This document shows positions 1 to 9,795 of a stretch of DNA of 20,000 nt, in pieces. The notes under the pieces were generated by a model that worked only from the letters and a program-made list of their open reading frames with translations, did not search any database and had not been told where the DNA came from. The DNA is taken from NCBI RefSeq assembly GCF_004010195.1, contig NC_057718.1, forward strand, positions 75,264,797 to 75,284,796, read 5' to 3'. This DNA comes from Chiloscyllium plagiosum (taxonomy: Eukaryota). Positions within the stretch are counted from its first letter, which is position 1. Each line of letters begins with the position of its first letter. Made by a program: the position numbers and the translations under genes.

Positions 1-1280
1 CACTGCCTTTCACCACATTATTTGTTTTCTCTTTTGCTTTTATGCTATCCATGACTTTCCTGGTTGCCTCCTCCTCCCTTTAGTATGCTTCTTTTTCCTC
101 AGGATGAATCTCTACTGTGTCTCACGGATTACTCCCACAAACCCCTGCCACTGCTGTTTCCTGCTGGGCTCCTCTCCCAGTCAATTCTGGTCAGCTCCTC
201 CCTCATGCCTCTGTAATTGCCTTTACTTAACTATAACACCATTACATCTGATTCTACATTCTCCTTCTCAAATTGCAAAGTAAATTTGATCATGTTATGA
301 TCACTGCTTCAGAAGGGTTCCGTCACCTTAAGCTCCCTTATCAAGTCCGCCTCATTATACAATACTAAATCCAGTATTGCCTGTTCCCTAGTGAGGTACA
401 TCACAAGCTGCTCGCAAAAGACATCTCAGAGACATTCCACAAATTCGTTTTCTTGCAATCCACTACCCACCTGATTTTCCCAATTCACCTGCATATTGAA
501 ATCCCCCATGATCACTGTAACATTGACTTTATTACTTGCCTTTTCTATCTCTTGGTGAATCTTGTGCCCCAAATCCTGACTACTGTTTGGAGGCCTGTAA
601 ATAATTCCTGTTATGGTATTTTTCACCTTTGCGGTTCTTCAACTCTACCCACACAGATTCTACATCATCTGACCCTACATCATTTCTTGCTACTGATTTA
701 ATTTCATTTCTTACTAATATGTCAACCCCACCCCATCTGCCCACCTGCCTTTTTTTAATAAGGTTTGTATCCTTGGATATTTAGTTCCAAGTCCTGATCC
801 CCTTGCGGTGATGCCTACCACATCATACTTGCCAATTTTGATCTGTGCCACAAGCTCATTTACCCCTGTGTGCATTTAGATACAACACCTTCAGTCCTGT
901 ATTAACCATCCCTCTTCTCATTATCGTTTGTTTATCCAGTATGTATGCAGTTTCATTCCTAACCCTTTCCAAACACTTTGTCCTATTTTGTGTACTGGAG
1001 ACTTTAATAACTTCTCCTGAGTTCTCCTTTCTTTTCATTTTCTTTCATATTTTTCCATGCAGTTGAATCCACCCCACAGATGTTAATCTGTAGCTTTGCT
1101 CTCCATTGGTTATCATACTTCTTGGAGTTTTGCCCTTCCCTTCCCCCCACTTGCTAGTGTAAAGTCCTGTTGATCACTCTATTTATCATTTTTGCTGGAT
1201 CACTGGTCCCAGTTTGGTTCAGGTGGAGACTGTCCCAACAATGCAGATCCCTCCTCTTCCAATACTGGTGCCAGTGCCCC
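1..1280 (-). mobile_element. CR1-clade LINE fragment: ORF1 C-terminus (SGNH esterase-like) plus ORF2 APE endonuclease, degraded, continuing off the left edge
   Basis: 1279->1154 translates as GHWHQYWKRRDLHCWDSLHLNQTGTSDPAKMINRVINRTLH* (DxxH esterase motif). ORF2 start motif LKVLYLNA lies near 870-895. APE motifs GIIYRPP and VIMGDFN are in 426-626. Confidence 0.9.
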
Positions 1281-2016
1281 AGTCAAGGTAACTGTTAGTC
1301 AGTGGGTTTTAGTAGAAATTGGGGGCAAGCCTGTCCCCAGAAATGGAAACAAAGATGTCAAGGAAGGGAAGGGAAGAGGCAGAGATGGACTAGGTGAAGG
1401 TGAGAGGAAGGTGAAAATTGGAAGCAAAATTGATACATTTTTCCAGTTCCAGACCAAGCAGGGAAGCAGACTCAATAATATCATCGATATACCAGGGAAA
1501 CTGTTGAGGGGAGGCTTCCAAGTAAGACTGGAGCAAGGAATGCTTTACAAACCCCACAAAGTGACAGGTTTAACTGGAGCCCATGTGGGTACTCACTGCC
1601 ACACTTTGATCTGAAGAAAGTGAGAGGAATTAAAACAGAAGTTGTTCAGGTGAGGATGAGCTCAGCCAGGTGGAGTAGGACAGTGGTGGATAGGGATGGT
1701 TCCGGCCTTCTTTCTCATGAGCTGGGGTCTGTAGTGGGGAGATCCCTACAATAGATAAGATTGGTGACATCTGTGGACACGATGGCCTGATGCTGGATGA
1801 TAGGGGCATGAGAGATAGGAGGAGGTGTCCTAAAGCTGGTACTCAGCCTCCTCAATGTACAGGTCAGTACACCAGACAGCAAGTCAGCAGGCTTGATTAC
1901 AAAGTCAGGATTAGATTTGAGAACATTGGGTGAAGAATGTTTAGAGAGAGAGGTTCAAATGGGTGAGGCAGGGTGAGAAATTAAGGTGCTGAAAATGTGT
2001 TGCTGGAAAAGCGCAG

Positions 2017-2369
2017 NNNNNNNNNNNNNNNNNNNNNNNNNNNNNNNNNNNNNNNNNNNNNNNNNNNNNNNNNNNNNNNNNNNNNNNNNNNNNNNNNNNN
2101 NNNNNNNNNNNNNNNNNNNNNNNNNNNNNNNNNNNNNNNNNNNNNNNNNNNNNNNNNNNNNNNNNNNNNNNNNNNNNNNNNNNNNNNNNNNNNNNNNNNN
2201 NNNNNNNNNNNNNNNNNNNNNNNNNNNNNNNNNNNNNNNNNNNNNNNNNNNNNNNNNNNNNNNNNNNNNNNNNNNNNNNNNNNNNNNNNNNNNNNNNNNN
2301 NNNNNNNNNNNNNNNNNNNNNNNNNNNNNNNNNNNNNNNNNNNNNNNNNNNNNNNNNNNNNNNNNNNNN
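2017..2369. other. Assembly gap (353 N)
   Basis: Run of N characters. Confidence 1.
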
Positions 2370-2931
2370 AGTCCTTCTTCAGGAATGAGGAAAGTGTGTC
2401 CAGCAGGCTAAGATAAAAGGTAGGGAGGAGGGACTTGGGGGAGGGAGTCGGACATGTGGTAGGTGGGAAGAGGTCAAGGTGAGGGTGATAGGTCAGACTG
2501 GGGTGGGGGCGGAGAGGTCAGGAAGAAGATTGCAGGTTAGGAAGGCGGTGCTGAGTTCGAGGGATTTGACTGAGACAAGGTGGGGGGAGGGGAAATGAGG
2601 AAACTGGAGAAATCTGAGTTCATCCCTTGTGGTTGGAGGGTTCCTAGGCGGAAGATGAGGCGCTCTTCCTCCAACCGTCGTGTTGCAATGGTCTGGTGAT
2701 GGAGGAGTCCAAGGACCTGCATGTCCTTGGTGGAGTGGGAGGGGGAGTTGAAGTGTTGAGCCACGGGGTTCCTCAACGTTTCCAGAAAAAACTTTCATGT
2801 ACTTACCCCCACACTCTGGGTTCCTCAACTTTTCCAGACTTGACCTCCTTCCACCTATCGCATTTCCAACGCCCCTCCCCCAAGTCCCTCCTCCCTACCT
2901 TTTATCTTAGCCTGCTGGACACACTTTCCTC

Positions 2932-2967
2932 ATTCCTGAAGAAGGGCTTATGCCCGAAACATCGATT
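2932..2967 (+). ncRNA. Minimal type I hammerhead ribozyme-like motif in a PLE pseudo-LTR
   Basis: ATTC-CTGAAGA-A-GGGC-TTAT-GCCC-GAAA-CA-TC-GATT: CUGANGA and GAAA cores with a 4-bp stem II. The ACGT palindrome of stem III has decayed to ACAT. Confidence 0.7.
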
Positions 2968-3272
2968 CTCCTGCTCCTTGGATGCTGCCTGACCTGCTGC
3001 GCTTTTCTAGTAACACATTTTCAGCTCTGATCTCCAGCATCTGCAGTCCTCACTTTCTCCCCTGAGAAATTAAGGCGACCAATGCTACACCGACAGTTCC
3101 TGATGAGCAGGTCAAGTGCTGGTAAAAGGCCAGAGAGAGAGGTTCAGGTGGAGAGAGAGTATTGGAGGTGGGTGAAGGGATCTGTGGGATGCAGAGAGGC
3201 TTCCTGTCCACCGAAATGGGCACAAAGGTGAAGGCAGCAGAAGAAGAGTTCAAAGTCAATGTCATGTTCCAG

Positions 3273-4348
3273 ATATCCTAACTGCTGTGTGAAGTCCATT
3301 CATTCTTTCAGTTTCTCCACCACCCCCCCATCTGTTCTCATGTTTCCACTTTTCTCCTGATATATCTTCCTTTTTCTAAACTGGGGATTCCCACCACCAA
3401 ACTCTTGACATGATCCTCGATCATGTCTATCCCTTTTCCAATATTTTTGCTCTTATCCCTTCCTCTCCCTCCCAGTACTAGAATAGATTTCCCACTTTCC
3501 TCACCTTCCACTCCACTACATTCAATATCCTCTACCTTTTCCACCACGTCCAATGTAATGTCATCAACAAACATATCTTCCACTTATCTCCCTTCCAGTC
3601 ATTCCGAATAAATCATTCCCTCCACCCCTCAGTTACTTCTCAAGTCCCCTCTCCTTCCCATCGTACCTGTGCATGTAAGAGTTGAAACACTTGCCTTTTA
3701 TATCTTCCCTTCACACTGTTCATCATCCCAAATACTCTGATTAGGTTAAACAGTGACTTGTGTACATTTCTTTCAATTTATCACACTGTATTTGTGGCTC
3801 TAATGTGCTCTGTGTTTCACTAAATAGACAAAATAAAGATTGGAATGCAGATTTGTGGATCACCTCCATTCAGTTCACAAGCATGCACAGAGCTTCCAAT
3901 AGCTTGCCATTTTAATTCTCCACATGCTGTCACTGTTATTTCTATCTCAGTCACCCAGTATTTCAACAAAGCTCAGCCTAAGATCAAAGAACAGCTCAGT
4001 TAGGCACTCTACAGATTTGCAGTCAACATTGTGTTTAGTAATGATAACCTACAATCTCTGCCTCCATTTTGATTCTCCTTTCTCAGTTAGCATTGATTTT
4101 ACAGTTTCAGCTTTGTATTTTTGCATGACAGCTGTTCATCATTCTGCCATTTGCAGTTCTTTCAGACTAATCTTTTCTTTCTTTCCTTGTCCATTGCCAA
4201 CTCTCTTTGCCCTTCACCACAAAATCTTTTGTCATTTAATCTCACCTGTATTTCTAATCACAAACATTACCCTTTGTTCTTTTTCTTCCTCACCCATTAT
4301 CTTTCACCTGCTTAAAGTCTGTTTTACTTCATTGGCTTTTAAGGGTCA
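3273..4348 (+). mobile_element. Old Penelope-like element, 3' portion (post-RT linker, Cys motif, GIY-YIG, pyrimidine-rich 3' region), highly decayed; right boundary approximate
   Basis: Decayed S-I-P-F-S-Q-F-L..ICS-like start (3295-3340), C..K.C.TC-like region (~3665-3695), FVDHLHSVHKH..ELPIACHFNSP (~3853-3922). Confidence 0.75.
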
Positions 4349-5166
4349 ATAAATATCCCACATTAGGCTACTTAATAAAATAAAAGGCATGGAGGTAGTA
4401 TGTTAGCAGAGATAGATGATTGGCTAACTAATAGAAGTCAAAGAGAGTGGGATAACTGGTCAGTTTTATGGTGGCAATGTATAATTAGTGGTGTGCCACA
4501 GGGATCAATGCTGGGTTCATAGTTAATGACTTAGATGAGGAAAATGAATGCACTGTAGCCAATTTTGTAGATGACACAAAAAGGGTGGGAAGACTAATGT
4601 TGAGGATGACACCAAGAGTTTACAGGGGGATACAGACAGGATAAGAGAGTGGAGAGAAATGTGGCAGATGGAATATAATGTGGGAAAATATAAGATTATG
4701 CACTTTGGCAGTAAGATTAGAGAAGCTGAATATTACTTAAAAAGGGAATAACTACAGAAAGCTACAGAACAGAGGAATTTACGAGTCCTCATCCACGAAT
4801 CATAAAAGTTCAGTGGATAATAGGGAAGGCAAATGGAATGTTGGACTCATGGGAGAATTCAGGACCAGATGGCATAATCTCAGAATTTGGGGTCGCACAT
4901 TTAAGACAGAGATGAGAAGAAATTTCTTTAGTCAGAATTGAATGTGTAGGATTCTTTAACACAGAGGACTGTTGATGCTGGGGCATGAAGTATATTCAAG
5001 GCTGAGATAGACATGTTATTATTAATCAGGAAGGGCATCAAAGGTTATGAGGAAAAGGCAGGACAGTGGAGTTGAGGATTATCAGATCAACCACAATCTT
5101 ATTTGAATGATGAATTAGACTTGATGGACTAAATGACATACTTCTGCTCCGACATTTTATGGTCTT
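4349..5166 (+). mobile_element. CR1-clade LINE, RT C-terminal half and 3' end, with internal deletions
   Basis: GVPQGSMLG (~4490-4516), FVDDTK (~4564-4581), WQMEYNVGK (~4662-4688), and a CR1-type 3' tail ending CTGCTCCGACATTTTATGGTCTT. Confidence 0.9.
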
Positions 5167-5556
5167 TCAGATTCCCAGAAATGGTTTTACTTTTTTATAT
5201 TATTGCACTTTAGCTATTGGAGTACTGTATATACATTTATATTACTGTAAGGACTTTCAGAAGGACATGACTGGGCAGACATATTGAACAGAATATTAAC
5301 TGCTGAATGGAGCTGGGTCAGAGAGTGGAACTGAATGGGAAACACAACATGATCCTGCCCACGTCCAGGTTTGACCCAACTTTTGAGCAGCTGTCAGGAA
5401 AAATCATAAAAATATGCAAGTATGAAATGAGCTATGAATTTAATCATGCATTCTGACTTTAACAACCAATGCACAAATTCCTGGAGTTCTCTGTATCTTA
5501 CCAGGATCACAGAGGTTAATGCTCAGAGGGCAGAGATTGCTTAATAAAACTGCTAG

Positions 5557-6411
5557 AGACAAAGAAACTGCAGATGATGGAATCCAAAGTAGATAGGCAG
5601 GAGGCTGGAAGAACACAGCAAGCCAGGCAGCATCATGCGGGAGAGAAGTCGACGTTTCAGGTGTAACCCTTCTTCAGGCCTGGGGGTGGGTGCAGGGGGA
5701 GCTGCAAATAAAGGGGGTGGCAGGGACAGGGTGGTGAAGTGGGGTTAGGTGAAAACAGGTAGAGGGTATGACCTGGTTGGTCAATGAAAGGAATTAATCC
5801 AGTTGGTGGAAGGGAGCAGTGGAAGGGAGGGTAGGGGCGCTGGGAAGGGAGTCAGGGGATGGGAAGGGAGATTATTTGAAATTTGAGAATTCAATGTTGA
5901 GTCCTCCCGGCTGTAGGCTGCCCAGGCGGAAGATGGGATGTTGTTCCTCCAATTTGCTGTTTGGTTCATTGTGGAAATGGAGGAGGCCAAGGATGGTCAT
6001 GTTGGAAAGGGATCGGGAAGGGGAATTAACATGGGCGGTGACTGGGAGGTCCGGTCAGCCTCTGCGGGCCCTGCTGAGATGTTCAGTGAAATATTCCCTA
6101 AATTTATGTTTGCTCTCCCCAATGGAGAGAAGACCACAAAGGGAGCAACTGATGTTGTAAACTAGGTTGAAAGAGAGGCAGGTGAACCCCTGTTTCACCT
6201 GGAAGGACTGCTTGGGACCCTGGATGGCAGTGAGGGGGGTGGCGTACTGGCAGGTTTTGCATCTTTTCGGGTTGCAGGGGAAGGTACCTGGGGGTTTGGG
6301 GTGATTGATGGGGTGAGTGGTGCGAACCAAGGATCATTGACGGGAATGGTCAATGATTAACCTCCTGATGTTGCCTGACTTGCTGTGTTCTTCCAGCCTC
6401 ATGCCTGTCTA
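5557..6411 (-). mobile_element. Neptune-type Penelope-like element, 5'-truncated (Cys linker + GIY-YIG + pLTR), with a short inverted pLTR copy
   Basis: ORF 6055-6330 reads PGTFPCNPKRCKTC...NLVYNISCSLCGLLSIGESK..F.EHL (Cys-rich linker and GIY-YIG variant). Inverted repeat 5591-5640 vs 6361-6411. Confidence 0.9.
5647..5681 (-). ncRNA. Minimal hammerhead ribozyme-like motif
   Basis: Minus strand: AGGC-CTGAAGA-AGGGTTACACCT-GAAA-CG-TC-GACT. Cores are intact, the cleavage triplet is GUC, and stem I has 3 of 4 pairs. Confidence 0.7.
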
Positions 6412-6975
6412 ATAAAGATTGTGGCCTGCCGCAGTAAAAGGCTCATACATGCAGAATTGGTTATCAGAGCCTGAAATCACAGCTTTGAGGGTACCCTTCA
6501 AATTTTTATAAATACTTTCAACTACTTTCGATCATTCTCAGATTATTCATAGATATTTTGAAAGGAGAGGAAGTTAGGAACAGGTAGACAGATATCTCTC
6601 AAGTTATGATAAGTTGGAGGAGTACATCATCATTTTAACCTGACTACTCCAGCAAAAATAAAAATACTTTTTCAGTTACATTTTCTATATCAGATTGTGA
6701 AGAAAAAGATCCAGCACAGAAATGTTTTAATAATCACAATTCTGGGTTTATTATCAAAGCAAAAGTTGCTTACTAGAAATGCAATAATTGGTTAACATCA
6801 CGCAAACAGTAATATAGAAATATAGAATCACATTAACCATACCCAAAGACACACATGCACACACAAGGCAAAATGAATAAAAGGAAACAGATTTCTCTGC
6901 AGATGTTGGTTTTCAGGGAAAGAAAACTTCAGCCAATGGGTTATTCTTGAAGGCAAATGGTTAAAGCCAGAAAGC

Positions 6976-7148
6976 AAAAGCAGAATAATGTGAATGCTAG
7001 ACGTTGGAAATAAAACAAAAGAACAGAAAGTGCTGGAGGAATTCAGCAAGTTTGGCAGCAACTGAGAGAGAGAAGCAGAGCTATTTCTCACATTAGAGAT
7101 GTTACTAGACCTGCTGCGTTCCTGCAGCACTTTCAGTTTTTATTTTTG
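6976..7148. repeat. Hairpin formed by two tail-out PLE pseudo-LTR 3' ends (MITE-like remnant, hammerhead core missing)
   Basis: AGAAAGTGCTGGAGGAATTCAGCAAGTTTGGCAGCA (~7026-7061) is an imperfect inverted repeat of TGTTACTAGACCTGCTGCGTTCCTGCAGCACTTTCAG (~7100-7136). It resembles the pLTR at 12742-12815. Confidence 0.65.
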
Positions 7149-7233
7149 ATAAAGCACGGTATGTGTTTAAGAGACTGATATCCATATGTTGAATTAGATA
7201 GCAAAAGACTTTCAGAGATTATCAAGTGTTTTA

Positions 7234-7554
7234 TTAGGTTAGATTACTTACAGCGTGGAAACAGGCCCTTCGGCCCAACAAGTCAACACCAACCCTCCGA
7301 AGAGCAACCCACCCAGACCCATTCTCCTACATTTACCCCTTCACCTAACACTACGGGCAATTTAGCATGGCCAATTCACCTGACCTGCACATCTTGTGGG
7401 AGGAAACCAGAGCACCCAGAGGAAACCCATGCACACACAGGGAGAATGTGCAAACTCCACACAGACAGTTGTCTGAGGCGGGAATTGAACCTAGGTCTCT
7501 GGCGCTTCAAGGCAACAGTGCTAACAGTGCCACTGTGCCACCTATGGTGCCACC
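7234..7554 (-). mobile_element. HE1-like V-SINE (tRNA head, V-domain, LINE-derived tail), near full length
   Basis: A-box-like TGGCACAGTGG, B box GGTTCAATTCC (7481-7491), V-domain CTGTGTGGAGTTTGCACATTCTCCC...GGGTTTCCTCTGGGTGCTCTGGTTTCCTCCCACA, and tail GGGCCGAAGGGCCTGTTTCC...GTAATCTAA. Confidence 0.9.
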
Positions 7555-7904
7555 AAGGTATTGTAAACCTTTCGAGTACAGCTGAAACATCTGTATCAAC
7601 CATTCCCTACTGGACCTTGCCCAGTCCAGAGCCAACATGTTCTTTTTGAAGATCTATCACCAAATTGCCCAATTAATCAACTAAGCAGGTGACAGTTAGC
7701 AAGCATGGCCCAGGGCAGTGCAATAATAACAAAAAGATGAAGGAAGGTTTGGGTTACATCAAAATAGTGTTGGAGGGAGAGAAAATGCACCCCTCTCCCT
7801 TGCAGTGCCTACCTCTATCTGACAGTTTTGAAAGCGTTGATGGGCAACCCAAGTTCACTGTCCAAGGACACCTGAGCACAAATATGGCTGCTGAAAAAAG
7901 TGAG

Positions 7905-8172
7905 CAGTTCTGCTGAGCTTCCTAGTGTCCTGCCAATCACTGCATTTTCCCTTGTCTTGATCTTTCTTCCAAAGCTCATCATCTCACTTTTATCATGGTT
8001 AAATTCCATCAGCCTGTTCAAGAACATCACACTCCATCTTCTTGAATTCTGTACTTACATCCTCCTTTTCCCTTTTAAAGACAGATGTGAAGTACTCATT
8101 TAACACTCTTCCAGTATCTTCTGGCTTCACACACAGATTGCCCCCTTAGTTGCTAACAGGCCCTAATCTTCT
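7905..8172 (-). mobile_element. Two fused CR1 ORF2 fragments
   Basis: LMEFNHDKSEMMSFGRK (~7965-8012), and an LNEYFTSVF linker motif (~8077-8103). Confidence 0.7.
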
Positions 8173-8371
8173 CAGCAATGAGAAACTATAGCATCTTCCA
8201 TAGCCAACTGCCTAGACATATAGATGGCGACTTTAGTCAATGCACCTAACTCTTTTATTTTAAAATCATCACCAAATCACCTGTGTCACCATTTAATACA
8301 GCAAGTTACAAGCACTGCCCACCAGCTGAAGTGCAACAATGAGAGAGAAGGGTTGGAAGAGAGGGAAGAGA

Positions 8372-8640
8372 TTAAATTTGCTTGGAATTGGAAGAGGAAA
8401 TAAGGTGCTTCAACCCCTGCAGTAGCCACCTCTTTCTGAAGGCATCAAGAATGTTGGTGGACACCACATACTCCCTTTCCAAGGACACCAGTGCATGAAT
8501 ATAGCCATGGAAGACAGCAGGCAGTTGGGAAATTAGACTTCCTCACAGACTGCTACTTGGACTTGTTGATGACTGCTTTGGCCAGACCCGGATGCAGGCC
8601 CAAGAGGAAACCATCTGACTTGCCAGCTCCCCTCGCCATC
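8372..8640 (-). mobile_element. Tx1/L1-like LINE ORF2 C-terminal fragment
   Basis: My translation: GKSDGFLLGLHPGLAKAVINKSK*QSV / frameshift / FHGYIHALVSLEREYVVSTNILDAFRKRWLLQGLKHLISSSNSKQI*. It resembles the LL..AK..I...R...F...W C-terminus of Tx1-like ORF2. Confidence 0.65.
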
Positions 8641-8689
8641 TGGTTAAATCCAGCTCTTCTTTTTTTTAGTTTGGTCAGAAGGCTTGCTG

Positions 8690-9005
8690 AGATTAAACAG
8701 CTATTTTGCAACTGTCTTAACAGTGAAAGAGATGAATGACATCCCAGAAATACACATAAATTAAGGGGTAAGAAGGAGGAAGGAATTTAAACAGTTGCAA
8801 TAATTGTGGAAACAATACAAAGAAAAATATAGGAACTAGAAGCTAACAAGTCTCTGAATGGACTTAATCCTAGAGTTTTTTAAAAAAGCAGCATTTGAGC
8901 TATGTACACCCAATGTATTGGTTTTAATTTTTAAAAATTCCCAGGGTTTTGAAATGGTGCTACTAGATTGGAAAACAGTAAAACAGTTCCTCTATGCAAG
9001 AAATG
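8690..9005 (+). mobile_element. CR1 ORF2 linker / RT N-terminal fragment
   Basis: Decayed LNSYFATVLT, KS...GLNPRV, and VLLDWKTV..VPL.KK motifs. Confidence 0.7.
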
Positions 9006-9069
9006 CTGGAATCTATTATTAAGGAGGTTTTATTTGTATCCATTTATATTCGTATCTATTCATATTCAT

Positions 9070-9390
9070 ATCTATTCTTAAATGAAGAGACCAAAACCAT
9101 GTGAGGGACTCTAGATGTGATTTTACCAATGTCCTGGACAAGTGTAGCAAGACATCTTTACTCTTATATTCTATTTCTGTTGCAAAAAATGGCAATTCCA
9201 TTTGTCTTCCTAATCACTTGTTGTACCAGATTTTAACTTTATTTGCTTCATTCACTCAGGGCTCTTTGTATCTCAGAATTCTACAAAGTTTCTCTCATTT
9301 TAAGTAATATGCCACTTTTCTATTCTTCCTGACAAAGTAGATAAATGTGCACTCACCAATATTAACTTCATCTGCCCACTCACTGAACAT
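9070..9390 (-). mobile_element. CR1 ORF2 C-terminal fragment
   Basis: IEYKSKDVLLHLSRTLVKSHLESLTWFWSLHLR (cf. LY..LVRPHLEYC.QFWSP), and EWAD...N..EC..IYF.RKN. Confidence 0.8.
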
Positions 9391-9707
9391 ATCTAAAACC
9401 AACAGATTCCTTAGCCCAGATCTTCTAATTACAGTCAGAACACCTACACCCAGATGATATTGGGTGCCAAAAATGCACACTTATCTTGAGGTTTTTTGCT
9501 GCCTTTTCCAAGTCAAGTAGATTTGAAGGGAATTAGGGCCATATCCCTAATAATGTAACTGGAGCTGGGAACGGCCTGTTTAAGTAATACAATCAATTCT
9601 TTAGACAGAAAGCAAACCTGTGTCAAGTTTCTGCAGCAATTCTTAGATTTCACAATAGTTTAGTTTACATATAATTTCTAAATTTAATGTTATTCCTCTT
9701 AATGTAA

Positions 9708-9795
9708 AATATCAGAAGTCAAGGCACCAAGTTATAGTCCAATAGGCTTATTTGATATCACAAGCTTTTGGTGCGCTGCACCTTCATCAAGTGAA
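9708..9795 (-). mobile_element. 88-bp solo PLE pseudo-LTR-like insertion carrying a decayed hammerhead, with a 12-bp TSD
   Basis: CTCTTAATGTAA (9696-9707) vs CTCTTAATATAA (9796-9807). Minus strand 9794-9758 reads TCAC-TTGATGA-A-GGTGC-AGC-GCACC-AAAA-GC-TT-GTGA. Confidence 0.75.

Larger units (their letters stand above)
1987..3062 (-). mobile_element. Younger Penelope-like element: 5'-truncated GIY-YIG C-terminus with inverted pseudo-LTRs and a 13-bp TSD
   Basis: ORF 2537-2776 reads PVAQHFNSPSHSTKDMQVLGL...RRLEEERLIFRLGTLQPQGMN (PLE endonuclease C-terminus). Arms 1988-2478 and 2839-3025 are inverted repeats. TGAGAAATTAAGG occurs at both 1974-1986 and 3063-3075. Confidence 0.9.
1281..3272 (-). 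mobile_element. Old Penelope-like element, reverse transcriptase region (inverted 5' segment), interrupted by a younger PLE at 1987-3062
   Basis: Minus-strand motifs: FELFF..LHL.AHF (~3215-3255), VIKPAD (~1883-1900), VAVSTHMGSS (decayed GVAMGT.MGPS, ~1570-1602), WYIDDII (YIDD at 1480-1491) and a decayed YKPTD..SYLD ending at 1281. Stops and frameshifts are present. Confidence 0.85.

Noticed and set aside
1192..1614. 140-aa plus-strand ORF (and similar ORFs such as 3924-4352, 5819-6160, 13453-13782)
   Set aside because: Antisense or off-frame readings of PLE and CR1 remnants, with no gene-like features.
1986..2416. Two long ORFs spanning the gap
   Set aside because: Artefacts of translating N characters.
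1..5166. Idea that the CR1 pieces at 1-1280 (-) and 4349-5166 (+) are one inverted element split by the PLE
   Set aside because: The decisive outer breakpoint lies outside the window and no TSD links the pieces; independent insertions are equally plausible.
7470..7554. tRNA-like A/B boxes (also 14875-14941 and 18078-18141)
   Set aside because: These are SINE heads attached to SINE bodies, with no intact cloverleaf.
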